Assembly (NCBI GenBank): GCA_965195345.1
Contig: OZ239628.1
Coordinates: 1,056,001-1,120,000 of the forward strand
DNA: 64,000 nt
DNA from: an uncultured Thiomicrospira sp.
GTDB taxonomy: Bacteria; Pseudomonadota; Gammaproteobacteria; CAKMZV01
Reading direction: 5' to 3'
This document shows positions 52,311-62,227 of the stretch, one piece after another (position 1 is the stretch's first letter; every line of letters begins with the position of its first letter). The notes beneath the pieces were generated by a model. The model was not told the DNA's origin, did no database searches, and was given only the letters and a program-made list of their open reading frames with translations. The translations under genes and the position numbers were made by a program.

Positions 52311-53248
52311 TCTGCTACAGTAATGACAATTTTTCCTCGAACATGTCCTTCTTCACAAATCTGGTGCGCTGGTGTAATCTCATGCAATGCATACGTTTTT
52401 TGGATTTCTACTTTCACTTTCTTTTCAGAAAGCAAAACAAGCATTTTTTCAAGAAGTACAACGTCTAACTGATAGATCATAGTATCGGCGTTTTTCCCAT
52501 GCGTTTCAGCCACTTCGATTATTTCTTTAGCGGTAATAGATGGAATGGTGACCATTTTCCCCCCGTCTTTAAGCGCACTTAGAGCGTTAATTCCCGTATT
52601 GCCACCTATTAGATCAATAATGCCATCGAAAGATTTTTCCTCAAGGGTTTCTGCGTTGTAGTCAATTGGGTGTACGCCTAAGCTTTGCAAAAATACTTTA
52701 TTCTTTGTGGATGTGGTTGCGCTAACATGTGCACCACGAAGTCTTGCAAATTGACAGCATAGATGTCCTACACCACCAGCGCCACCTAGTATAAGAATTT
52801 GATCATTTTGCTCAATTCCAATGAGATCAAGAGATTGCCACCCTGTCATTCCTGCAAGTGGTAATGCGGCAGCGTCTTTGAAATCAACATTTTCAGGAAT
52901 TGCGACAAGACGTGAGGCAGAAACAGCAATTAATTCAGCATAACTGCCCCCACTGTTGAGCATATCAGTCGTTGTGCACACCCGCGAACCAACCTTAAAA
53001 GAATCCACATCCTTCCCCACCGAAATTACTTCGCCAGCAACGTCGAAACCTAATACCCAGGGGAGTTTGTTTTTTATGCTCTCAGCCGCCCAACCAAGCC
53101 CTTTACGGGTTTTCCAATCTATGGGGTTAATGCTTGCACAGCGAACTTTTAATAAAACTTCATCAGCCGCTAATTGCGGTTGCGCCCAATCATCAACTAT
53201 TTGTAATTTTTTTGCATCACCAAATTCAGTAACAATAACAGCTTTCAT
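52307..53248 (-). CDS. NADP-dependent oxidoreductase (quinone reductase-like MDR)
   Basis: INPIDWK, LGFDVAG, GGAGGVG, GHVRGKIV; no Zn ligands. Confidence 0.9.
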   Translation of the reverse strand: MKAVIVTEFGDAKKLQIVDDWAQPQLAADEVLLKVRCASINPIDWKTRKGLGWAAESIKNKLPWVLGFDVAGEVISVGKDVDSFKVGSRVCTTTDMLNSGGSYAELIAVSASRLVAIPENVDFKDAAALPLAGMTGWQSLDLIGIEQNDQILILGGAGGVGHLCCQFARLRGAHVSATTSTKNKVFLQSLGVHPIDYNAETLEEKSFDGIIDLIGGNTGINALSALKDGGKMVTIPSITAKEIIEVAETHGKNADTMIYQLDVVLLEKMLVLLSEKKVKVEIQKTYALHEITPAHQICEEGHVRGKIVITVAE

Positions 53249-53250
53249 AT

Positions 53251-53523
53251 TTATTCCATCGGTTTGAAAGCATCAGGCAATTCAATATCAGAATCGCCAA
53301 ATAAAAACTTTTCACGTTCATCAGCAAGAAAAGTGCGTGCTTTAGGATCAAGAGAGGATAGGCGGTATTCATTGATTAATATAGTTTGATAGCCTATCCA
53401 CTCCTCCCATGCCTTTTGAGAAATGTTCTCAAAAATTCGTTGACCTTCATCATTAGGAAACGGCGCTTTTTCTAAGGCTGGCAATTCACGTTCATGCTTT
53501 AAGCAAAATACTACTTTACTCAT
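53251..53523 (-). CDS. yggX: Oxidative damage protection / Fe(II)-trafficking protein
   Basis: VFC, G.RIFENIS.KAW, QTILINEYRL; follows mutY. Confidence 0.93.
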   Translation of the reverse strand: MSKVVFCLKHERELPALEKAPFPNDEGQRIFENISQKAWEEWIGYQTILINEYRLSSLDPKARTFLADEREKFLFGDSDIELPDAFKPME

Positions 53524-54576
53524 ATTTCTCCAAGTTGTTTTTTTCAGCGACCATCGATAAGCTCGTTTTCGAACTAAAATCCTGCAATACAGTGCTTATT
53601 GGAGCAGCAAGTCCAATTGCAGCAGGACTACTTAGATTGTACCAAAGCCATCCATCATTAGGATGTTCAAATTGAAGCACTTGTGCAGGCGTAATAGTGA
53701 AATCTAAATGATAATGACTGAACGTTGTTCTTCTTATGGGCCACGTATCGTATTCCATCCATTGCCAAATTTGATTAGACAATTCTTTGTACTCCGGTAA
53801 AGCCCATAAATTTGCCCAAACTCCAGTAGAAGGCCTTTTTTTCAAAAGAACATGCTCACCGTCAAACAACAACATAAAGTTTGCTTTTTTAAAAGGTTTT
53901 ACCTTGTTCTTTTTCTTTACTGGAATTTCTGTTTGCCAATTATATGAAAATGCCAAACAACCTGACTTTAAAGGGCATTCAGAGCATTGGGGCTGCTTGA
54001 TAGAGCAAATACTTGCTCCAAGATCCATCAATCCTTGATTGTATATATCAACATTACTGGTTGGCAGCATGCTTTGGGCTTGTTGCCACAACTTGTTATG
54101 TGCTTTGCTTTGCGTTAAGTCTTCTTTATTGCCTAAGTATCGTGCTAATACACGTTTTAGATTGGTATCCAGCACAACGTGACGTTGTTTTCCTGCAAGA
54201 CTTAACACAGCACCAGCAGTAGAAGGTCCAATGCCGGGCAGTTTTATCAAATCGTCGTATTTTTCAGGGAACTTTCCTTGAAAATCTTTACAAATAATAC
54301 GCGCACTTTTGTGCAGATTTATCGCGCGCGAGTAGTATCCTAAACCCGACCATAAATGCATGACCTCGTCACTATGTGCAACGCTCAAACTCTGTACATT
54401 GGGAAACCGTAGAATAAACCGCTGGTAATAAGGGATAACTTTAGAAACTTGGGTCTGTTGAAGCATAATTTCAGAAACCCATACCGCATAATAGGTTTTT
54501 TCATTCTGCCATGGTAGATTCTTCCGCCCGTGCTCTACCTGCCAAGCAATGACCTTGTCAGAAAAATGGTCTGCAT
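53516..54576 (-). CDS. mutY: A/G-specific adenine glycosylase (start codon out of frame or missing)
   Basis: WVSEIMLQQTQ, WSGLGYYSRA, LPGIG, QGLMDLG, C-x6-C-x2-C-x5-C. Homology extends upstream of 54466 (FSDKVIAWQVEHGRKNLPWQ), but the nearest ATG (54576) is one base out of frame. Confidence 0.88.
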
Positions 54577-54645
54577 TCTTTTGATTGCCAGAACTAGGAT
54601 TAGAGGAATTGAGGATTTTGCCTCTAAGCTTATTGATATTACTAA

Positions 54646-56022
54646 TTAGCAGGCTGTAATATTAACCGCCAAGCCTCCAAGTGAAGTTTCTTTGAATCGG
54701 TGAGACATTTCATCGCCTATGTCTTTCATGGCACTAATGCAATTATCAAGTGGCATAAAATGCTCACCATCGCCTTTTAATGCAAGGGAAGATGCTGTGA
54801 ATGCTTTAACTGCCCCAAAAGCGTTTCTTTCTATACAAGGGACTTGAACCAAACCGGCTACTGGGTCGCATGTCATACCTAAATGGTGTTCAAGAGCCAT
54901 TTCAGCAGCGTTTTCTATTTGGGTTATGCTGCCCCCGTTTACCGCACAAAGACCGGCAGCTGTCATAGCAGAAGCTGATCCTACCTCTCCTTGACAACCA
55001 GCTTCAGCTCCAGATATTGAACTATTATGCTTAATAATCCCACCAATAGCTGTTGCAGTCAAAAGAAAATCTCGTATTTGCTCAACAGTGCCGTTGCAAT
55101 GTTTGAAGAAATAATAAACAACGGCCGGGAGAACTCCAGCAGCACCGTTTGTTGGGGCAGTTACAACCATGTGCCCATCGGCATTCTCCTCGTTAACGGC
55201 CATTGCATAGGTACTAAGCCATTCATTTATTGTGGGTTGTTCTTCATTGAGGAGTTTTTGATATATTTCCTTGGCGCGACGTTTAACCTTTAAACCACCA
55301 GGTAGAATTCCATCAGCAGAAAGACCATTTTCAACACAAGTACGCATAGCCTCCCATATCTCATCAAGCCCATTATTTAGATCTTTTTCAGATATAAATA
55401 CCAATTCGTTTTCTCGTTTAATCTGTGCGATGGTTTTGTTGCTCGATTTAGCCATTTCCAACATGGATTTTGCGTTATTAAAAGGGTAAGGGCAACGAGA
55501 AGCAGATTCTGAAAGGAGGGGAGCCTTAATATTTGCTATTTCTGCTTTGTCACAAATGAAGCCTCCTCCGATGGAGAAATAAGTTTCCTCTAATACAATA
55601 CAATTCTCAACCTCTATCAATTCAAAAATCATACCATTGGCATGCTCAGGCAACGTTTCAGACTTGTCAAATACAATATCAAACTCTGGACGAAACGAGA
55701 TGTTGTGTTCTCCTACAGTTATAGAAGACGTTTTCCATAAATCCTCTACTACGGAATTAACATTCAGTTTTGCTAAAACCTTTGGTGTGTAATCGTGCAA
55801 ACCTAATAACACTGCACGGTCTGTAGCGTGCCCCCGTCCTGTAAAAGCGAGTGAGCCTTTGAGTACGCAACGTATTGAATATTGCTTGTTAGTGTCGTCT
55901 AATGACGATAATTTTTGCAGAATGCGTGTCAAAAATTCATTCGCTGCAAACATTGGACCCATCGTATGAGAGCTTGATGGACCGATTCCTATTTTAAGTA
56001 GATCTAAAGCGCTGATAAACAT
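54646..56022 (-). CDS. sdaA: L-serine ammonia-lyase (Fe-S dependent)
   Basis: [55 protein letters not shown]. Confidence 0.95.
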   Translation of the reverse strand: MFISALDLLKIGIGPSSSHTMGPMFAANEFLTRILQKLSSLDDTNKQYSIRCVLKGSLAFTGRGHATDRAVLLGLHDYTPKVLAKLNVNSVVEDLWKTSSITVGEHNISFRPEFDIVFDKSETLPEHANGMIFELIEVENCIVLEETYFSIGGGFICDKAEIANIKAPLLSESASRCPYPFNNAKSMLEMAKSSNKTIAQIKRENELVFISEKDLNNGLDEIWEAMRTCVENGLSADGILPGGLKVKRRAKEIYQKLLNEEQPTINEWLSTYAMAVNEENADGHMVVTAPTNGAAGVLPAVVYYFFKHCNGTVEQIRDFLLTATAIGGIIKHNSSISGAEAGCQGEVGSASAMTAAGLCAVNGGSITQIENAAEMALEHHLGMTCDPVAGLVQVPCIERNAFGAVKAFTASSLALKGDGEHFMPLDNCISAMKDIGDEMSHRFKETSLGGLAVNITAC

Positions 56023-56546
56023 GATAATTTCTCGTAATTAATGACAATTGTTAAATACATGGATTTCTTAGTAGAACCCGCTGAAAAATGGGATTCATTT
56101 TCACTGCATTGTGCGATTATATAGTATTAAATATTGCACTGAATATAGTATTGAAAGTACTATTAAAAAAACTCATGACAAGTAGAGGAAAACATGAACT
56201 GTACCCTTATTTCTACACTAAGTAAGAACTCTTTTTTACTTCCCATAATGAGCAATAGATCTGTGATTGTATTGAGTAACAAGACAACTTTGTAAATCAG
56301 ATTAGAGTTTTATATTCTATCTTCTGAAGTTTTTGAAAGTTAAGTGCTGAGGAATAAGTCATAATTCATTCTTTTCTTTCTAACTGCTTGATGATGTTTT
56401 TCCTGATACAATGCCTTTTCCTCAATTTCTAAGAATATTTAAGTGCGGTTTAAATGCCTTTTAAAATTCGATTCACTGATTCTTGGAAATTATATAATTA
56501 GGATAGGAAGCGTTTATTTAAACATTTAGGAGTTTAGCAGACTTAG

Positions 56547-58484
56547 ATGCCACTTATTACATTACCGGACGGTTCATCACGGCGCTTTGAAGCGCCAATT
56601 TCTTTATTTGATATAGCAAGAGACATCGGGTCAGGTCTTGCTAAGGTCGCAGTTGCTGGAAAAATAAATGGAAATCTTCATGATTTGAGTGATGTTGTTG
56701 AAAACAATAGCTCAATTAACATAGTTACTATTAAAGATGAAGAAGGGTTGCATATTATGCGCCATTCGTGTGCGCATCTACTTGGTCATGCGCTAAAACA
56801 GCTTTTCCCTCAAGCAAAAATGGCGATAGGTCCTGTTATTGAAAATGGGTTTTACTACGATATTGATATCGATCCTTCGCTCACTTTTGATGATTTGTCC
56901 GCTCTTGAAGAGCGAATGTATGTGTTGGCTAAAACAGGCTACCCAGTCAATAAAGTAATTACTTCGCGTGACGCTTCTATAGAGCTGTTCAAAAAGCGTG
57001 GCGAAGATTATAAGCTCCAATTAATCGCTGATTTACCAAATGAGTCCGCTTTTGCCTTATATCATCACGAAGAATATACGGACATGTGCATAGGACCCCA
57101 TGTGCCATCAATGCAATTTTGCAAAGCATTCAAACTGACCAGTCTTGCTGGAGCATATTGGCGTGGAGATTCCAATAATAATATGTTGCAACGGATTTAT
57201 GGAGTTGCTTTTGAGAACAAAAAAGATTTGTCTGCATATTTGGAAATGCAAATAGAGGCGGAAAAAAGAGATCATAGAAAGATTGGCAAGGCATTAAAAA
57301 TTTTCCATACCCAAGAAGATGCACCAGGCATGCCCTTTTGGCATCCAAGAGGCAAAGTTCTATACCAAACAGTAGAGAACTATATGCGAGAGAAGACTTT
57401 AGAAAGAGGATATCAAGAAGTACGTACACCGCTTCTATTAGATCGTTCATTGTGGGAGCGCTCTGGTCATTGGGAAAAGTATGCAGATGACATGTTTACT
57501 ATCAGCACAGACAATCGTGAATATGCAATCAAACCCATGAATTGCCCGTGTCATGTTCAAATATTCAATCAACACTTACACAGTTATCGTGATTTACCAA
57601 TTCGCTTGTCAGAGTTTGGTAACTGCCACCGTAATGAAGCATCTGGCACACTACATGGTTTGATGCGCGCGCGCAGCTTTACGCAAGATGATGGGCATAT
57701 TTTCTGCTCCCCAGAAATGATATCTGAAGAAGTCAAAGGGTGTCTTGATTTGGTATTTGAAGTGTACAAAGACTTTGGATTTGAAGAGGTTGAACTTAAA
57801 TTGTCAACACGACCAAAAGAGCGTGTTGGTAGCGACGAAATGTGGGATCAAGCTGAGCAGGCACTGGAAAAAGTGCTCGACGAGAGTGGTAGTAAATGGG
57901 AGTTGCAGATAGGAGAAGGCGCTTTTTATGGTCCTAAAATCGAATGTTCATTGCGCGACTGCATCAATCGAGTATGGCAATGTGGGACGGTGCAGTTGGA
58001 TTTTTCAATGCCAGAGCGTTTGGGGGCACAATTTGTTGATGAAAATGGACTGAAAAAGACTCCTGTCATGATTCATCGAGCCATCATAGGTTCATTAGAG
58101 CGGTTTATTGGTATTTTGATTGAACAATACGAAGGAAAGTTTCCCGTTTGGTTGGCGCCGGTTCAAGTAGCAGTAATGACAATAACTCAAGCGCAAACGA
58201 ATTATGCACAAACAGTTGTTGATCAACTCAAAGCTGCAGGTATACGCGTAGAGGGAGATTTTCGTAACGAAAAAATTGGGTATAAGATACGAGAAAACAC
58301 CCTACAACGCATCCCTTGGTTAATCATAGTAGGTCAACAAGAAATGGAAAGTAACATGATTGCATTGCGCCATCGTGACGGTCGTAATTTAGGGGTCGTT
58401 ACAGCAGATGATTTTATTGAAAAAATAACGACGTATATAAAACAAAAAAATGATATGGCATCAACAAACGAGGAAAACGCTTAA
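56547..58484 (+). CDS. thrS: Threonine--tRNA ligase
   Basis: [43 protein letters not shown]; AGGAG Shine-Dalgarno. Confidence 0.98.
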   Translation: MPLITLPDGSSRRFEAPISLFDIARDIGSGLAKVAVAGKINGNLHDLSDVVENNSSINIVTIKDEEGLHIMRHSCAHLLGHALKQLFPQAKMAIGPVIENGFYYDIDIDPSLTFDDLSALEERMYVLAKTGYPVNKVITSRDASIELFKKRGEDYKLQLIADLPNESAFALYHHEEYTDMCIGPHVPSMQFCKAFKLTSLAGAYWRGDSNNNMLQRIYGVAFENKKDLSAYLEMQIEAEKRDHRKIGKALKIFHTQEDAPGMPFWHPRGKVLYQTVENYMREKTLERGYQEVRTPLLLDRSLWERSGHWEKYADDMFTISTDNREYAIKPMNCPCHVQIFNQHLHSYRDLPIRLSEFGNCHRNEASGTLHGLMRARSFTQDDGHIFCSPEMISEEVKGCLDLVFEVYKDFGFEEVELKLSTRPKERVGSDEMWDQAEQALEKVLDESGSKWELQIGEGAFYGPKIECSLRDCINRVWQCGTVQLDFSMPERLGAQFVDENGLKKTPVMIHRAIIGSLERFIGILIEQYEGKFPVWLAPVQVAVMTITQAQTNYAQTVVDQLKAAGIRVEGDFRNEKIGYKIRENTLQRIPWLIIVGQQEMESNMIALRHRDGRNLGVVTADDFIEKITTYIKQKNDMASTNEENA

Positions 58485-59036
58485 ATGAAGAGAAAAGGAG
58501 GACGTCGTCCACAAGAAAGAATTTCATTACCAAAGGTAAATATTAATGAAAAGATAAGAGCTGCCACTGTTCGGCTGCTTGATTCGGATGGGGAATTTTT
58601 AGGGATAGTTGACCTTAAAGAGGCTCAAGAAAAAGCCAGTGAAGCAGAATTAGATCTGGTTGAAATAGCGAGCCAAGCAGAGCCTCCTGTATGCAAAATA
58701 ATGAATTACAGTAAGTATCTTTTTGAGCTCAAGAAAAAGAAATTAGAAGCAAAGAAGAATCAAAAACAAATAGTACACAAATCCATAAAATTTAGACCAA
58801 ACACCGATAAAGGTGATTATGAAGTCAAAATGAAAAAGATCAATGACTTTTTGGAGAAAGGCAATCACGTTAAAGTTATTGTGTGGTTTAGGGGAAGGGA
58901 AATGGCGCATCAACAATTAGGGACGCGCTTGCTAAACCAAGTACATGAAGACTTAGGCGAGAATGTTAATGTTCAATCGGAAGCGAAAATGGAAGGGCGA
59001 CAAATGATAATGGTGATATCTCCGTCTAAAGTTTAA
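58485..59036 (+). CDS. infC: Translation initiation factor IF-3
   Basis: INEKIRA..VRL, LDLVEI, PPVCKIMNY, KFRP, FRGREMAH, EGRQMIM. Confidence 0.96.
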   Translation: MKRKGGRRPQERISLPKVNINEKIRAATVRLLDSDGEFLGIVDLKEAQEKASEAELDLVEIASQAEPPVCKIMNYSKYLFELKKKKLEAKKNQKQIVHKSIKFRPNTDKGDYEVKMKKINDFLEKGNHVKVIVWFRGREMAHQQLGTRLLNQVHEDLGENVNVQSEAKMEGRQMIMVISPSKV

Positions 59037-59104
59037 CTTTTTTGAATGGATTGTTAGTTTTTTCTAATATTATGTAGAAGCGATAAAAAATTAGGAACCT
59101 ACTT

Positions 59105-60037
59105 ATGAATTTTTCTGATCGAGATGGCACAATTTGGATGGATGGGGAGTGGGTGGATTGGCGTGATGCGAAAATTCACGTTATGACTCATACGCTCCAC
59201 TATGGAATGGGAGTTTTTGAAGGGGTGAGAGCTTATGAAACCTCTAAAGGTCCTGCTATTTTTCGTTTGAGCGATCATACGGATCGGTTGTTCAATTCGG
59301 CAAAGATCATGCAAATGGACATTCCTTTTGATAAGGAAATATTGAATCAAGTTCAACTTGAATCTGTGGCACGCAACAATCTATCTTCTGCCTATATAAG
59401 GCCCGTAGTATTCTATGGTTCTGAAGGCATGGGGTTGCGCGCAGACAATCTATGTGTACACGTTGCTATTGCCGCATGGTCTTGGGGAGCTTATCTCGGA
59501 CAAGAGAATTTAGAGCGTGGCATTCGCATTCACACTTCGTCTTTTGCACGCCATCATGTTAATGTTTCAATGTGCCGTGCAAAAGCAAATGGACAATATA
59601 TCAACTCTATGATGGCACTGTCTGAAGCACTACGTAATGGCTATGATGAAGCCCTTTTACTTGATGTCGATGGCTTTGTTGCTGAAGGAAGCGGAGAGAA
59701 TTTCTTCATAATCAATAAAGGCGTTATCTATACGCCTGATTTAACATCAGCGCTTGATGGTATTACCAGACAAACGATCATGTTTCTTGCACGTGAACAA
59801 GGAATTGAAATTGTAGAAAAGCGCATAACCCGTGATGAAGTTTATTGTGCTGATGAGGCTTTTTTCACTGGAACAGCGGCAGAAGTAACGCCTATTCGTG
59901 AACTTGACGGAAGAGCTATAGGTAACGGACAAAGAGGCGAAATAACGAAACGTCTGCAAAAGACATATTTTGATTTAGTCAGTGGAAAGTTAGAAGGCTA
60001 TGACGATTGGTTGTCATTAGTTTCTGAATTAGAATAA
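59105..60037 (+). CDS. ilvE: Branched-chain amino acid aminotransferase
   Basis: HTLHYGMGVFEGVRAY, AKANGQYINS, EGSGEN, GITR, FFTGTAAEVTP. Confidence 0.97.
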   Translation: MNFSDRDGTIWMDGEWVDWRDAKIHVMTHTLHYGMGVFEGVRAYETSKGPAIFRLSDHTDRLFNSAKIMQMDIPFDKEILNQVQLESVARNNLSSAYIRPVVFYGSEGMGLRADNLCVHVAIAAWSWGAYLGQENLERGIRIHTSSFARHHVNVSMCRAKANGQYINSMMALSEALRNGYDEALLLDVDGFVAEGSGENFFIINKGVIYTPDLTSALDGITRQTIMFLAREQGIEIVEKRITRDEVYCADEAFFTGTAAEVTPIRELDGRAIGNGQRGEITKRLQKTYFDLVSGKLEGYDDWLSLVSELE

Positions 60038-60060
60038 GAGCAGTTATAAAGAGGTAAACA

Positions 60061-60240
60061 ATGGATGATGCTAAAACTAAAACTATTGTGCTAACGCGTT
60101 CTGAGTTACCATTGCATTGCCCCCGCGATGAAGATAGTGCTTGGAACTCACACCCAAGAGTATTTATTCCCATTGAAGATAACCCAGATCTTAGCGCACA
60201 GTGTCCATATTGCGGATCTAAATATCAATTGCAAGATTAA
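60061..60240 (+). CDS. Small zinc-finger (zf-CHCC) protein, 59 aa
   Basis: Not in the ORF track. MDDAKTKTIVLTRSELPLHCPRDEDSAWNSHPRVFIPIEDNPDLSAQCPYCGSKYQLQD*; GAGGT Shine-Dalgarno; stop overlaps the gmhA start. Confidence 0.88.
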   Translation: MDDAKTKTIVLTRSELPLHCPRDEDSAWNSHPRVFIPIEDNPDLSAQCPYCGSKYQLQD

Positions 60241-60809
60241 TGTCTTTTCTTGACACATTGAAACAACACCAAGAGACCGTTGGAGCGTTATCTGATCATG
60301 TCAAGGATATAGAACAGATTGCTGAGTGCCTAATTGATACATTTGAAAATAATAAAAAATTAATGTGGGCAGGAAATGGTGGCAGTGCCGCTGATGCACA
60401 GCATATGTCTGCTGAATTAGTTGTACGATTTCGTAAAAACCGACGCGCTCTTCCATCAATAGCATTAAACACAGACACCTCTACTTTAACAGCTTGTAGT
60501 AATGACTTTGGCTATGAAGAATTATTTGCTCGTCAAGTCGAAGCGTTAGGAAACGCTGGAGATGCACTGATTTTATTAAGTACTTCAGGCAATAGTGAAA
60601 ACTGTATCAAGGCAGCGCTTCTTGCCAAAGAGAAGAAAATTTGCGTGATTGTATTAACTGGAAGTAAAGAATCCCAATTATCTCGCAATGCAGATATGGT
60701 TATACATGTGCCTTCAGCAGATACGGCGCGTATTCAAGAAGCGCACGCGCTCATTGCTCATTGGTGGTGCCAAAAAATTGAAGAAAGCATTAGAAGTACA
60801 GCGAAATGA
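60240..60809 (+). CDS. gmhA: Phosphoheptose isomerase
   Basis: GNGGSAADAQH, NDFGY, STSGNS, TARIQEAH. Confidence 0.94.
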   Translation: MSFLDTLKQHQETVGALSDHVKDIEQIAECLIDTFENNKKLMWAGNGGSAADAQHMSAELVVRFRKNRRALPSIALNTDTSTLTACSNDFGYEELFARQVEALGNAGDALILLSTSGNSENCIKAALLAKEKKICVIVLTGSKESQLSRNADMVIHVPSADTARIQEAHALIAHWWCQKIEESIRSTAK

Positions 60810-62227
60810 ACCTAAAAGAAGCAAATATATTGGTTATTGGCGATGTCATGCTGGATCGTTATTGGTACGGTGACGTTAGCCGTTTATCCCCAGAGGCACC
60901 CGTGCCTATCATCGGCGTAGAACGCGAAGAATATAGACCAGGTGGCGCTGCTAATGTTGCATTGAACTTGGCTTGTCTTGACACCAAAGTTACATTAGTC
61001 GGAATAACTGGTAATGATGAGAATGCTAAGCTGCTTGAAGAAGAGTTAGTCAGCTCAAAGGTGGAATGTCATTTTTTAAAAATGGAAAACTCTCCAACAA
61101 TCTCTAAGCTAAGAGTTCTTGGGCGACAACAACAAATATTACGCGCAGATTTTGAAGACGGTTTCCCAGAATATGATTCGAAGTTACTGTCTGCGCACAT
61201 AAAAGAGTTATGGGATCAATGTGATTTGGTTATTTTTTCAGATTATGCCAAAGGATGCTTACAAAACATAGAGTCTTTGATTGATGAAGCTAAACAGCAG
61301 AATAAAACGGTTTTAATCGATCCTAAAGGAAGTGATTTTGGTCGTTATGCAGGGGCTGACATCATCACCCCTAACAGCAATGAATTAAAAGCACTGGTGG
61401 GTGAATGGGAAGACAATGAAGACCTTATCAATAAGGCACGTTTTCTTGCGGAAGTAAATGACATTGAAGCCATTTTAGTAACGCGTGGTTCTAAAGGCAT
61501 GAGTTGGGTGCCTGTACATGGGGAAGCCTTTCATATACCAACAAAAGCACGCGAAGTATTTGATGTTTCTGGAGCAGGCGACACAGTTATTGCTACATTG
61601 GGAGCTTGTTTGGCTGCTGGTTGCTCCACTAAACAAGCTATTGAATTCGCAAACCATGCGGCAGGAATAGTCGTTAGCAAGCAAGGCACTGCGAGCATAA
61701 CAGTTAGCGAGTTATTTGGTGAATTTGTTGAATCTAAAGACAAACCTATACCATTAGAGCTTTTAAAAAACTTAGTTCTTGAATCAAAGAGTCGCGGAGA
61801 AACAGTTGTAATGACCAATGGCTGTTTTGATATTCTACATGCGGGGCACATTGAGTCACTTGAAAAAGCACGCTCTTTAGGTGATCGCTTAATAGTCGCG
61901 GTTAATAGCAACGCTTCAGTACATCGACTAAAAGGGCAGGGACGTCCTATTAACAAATTAGAACATCGCATAATGATTTTAAATGCACTAAGTTGTGTTG
62001 ATTGGGTAGTGGATTTTGGCGATGATATTTTAGATGCAGACACTCCACAGTCTTTGTATGAGATTCTGTTGCCCAACGTGTTAGTCAAAGGCGGGGATTA
62101 TGAAACGAAAGATATTGCCGGAGCTCAAGCGGTAATAGAGGCTGGCGGGAAAGTTGTTACTATTGAATTACTTGAGGAGTTATCAACGACTGCTATGGTT
62201 AGGAAATTAAAAGAGATCGACCAATGA
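60806..62227 (+). CDS. hldE: Bifunctional heptose-7-phosphate kinase / heptose-1-phosphate adenylyltransferase
   Basis: GDVMLDRY, SPEAPVP, DVSGAGDT, TNGCFDILHAGH, VKGGDY. Confidence 0.96.
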   Translation: MNLKEANILVIGDVMLDRYWYGDVSRLSPEAPVPIIGVEREEYRPGGAANVALNLACLDTKVTLVGITGNDENAKLLEEELVSSKVECHFLKMENSPTISKLRVLGRQQQILRADFEDGFPEYDSKLLSAHIKELWDQCDLVIFSDYAKGCLQNIESLIDEAKQQNKTVLIDPKGSDFGRYAGADIITPNSNELKALVGEWEDNEDLINKARFLAEVNDIEAILVTRGSKGMSWVPVHGEAFHIPTKAREVFDVSGAGDTVIATLGACLAAGCSTKQAIEFANHAAGIVVSKQGTASITVSELFGEFVESKDKPIPLELLKNLVLESKSRGETVVMTNGCFDILHAGHIESLEKARSLGDRLIVAVNSNASVHRLKGQGRPINKLEHRIMILNALSCVDWVVDFGDDILDADTPQSLYEILLPNVLVKGGDYETKDIAGAQAVIEAGGKVVTIELLEELSTTAMVRKLKEIDQ

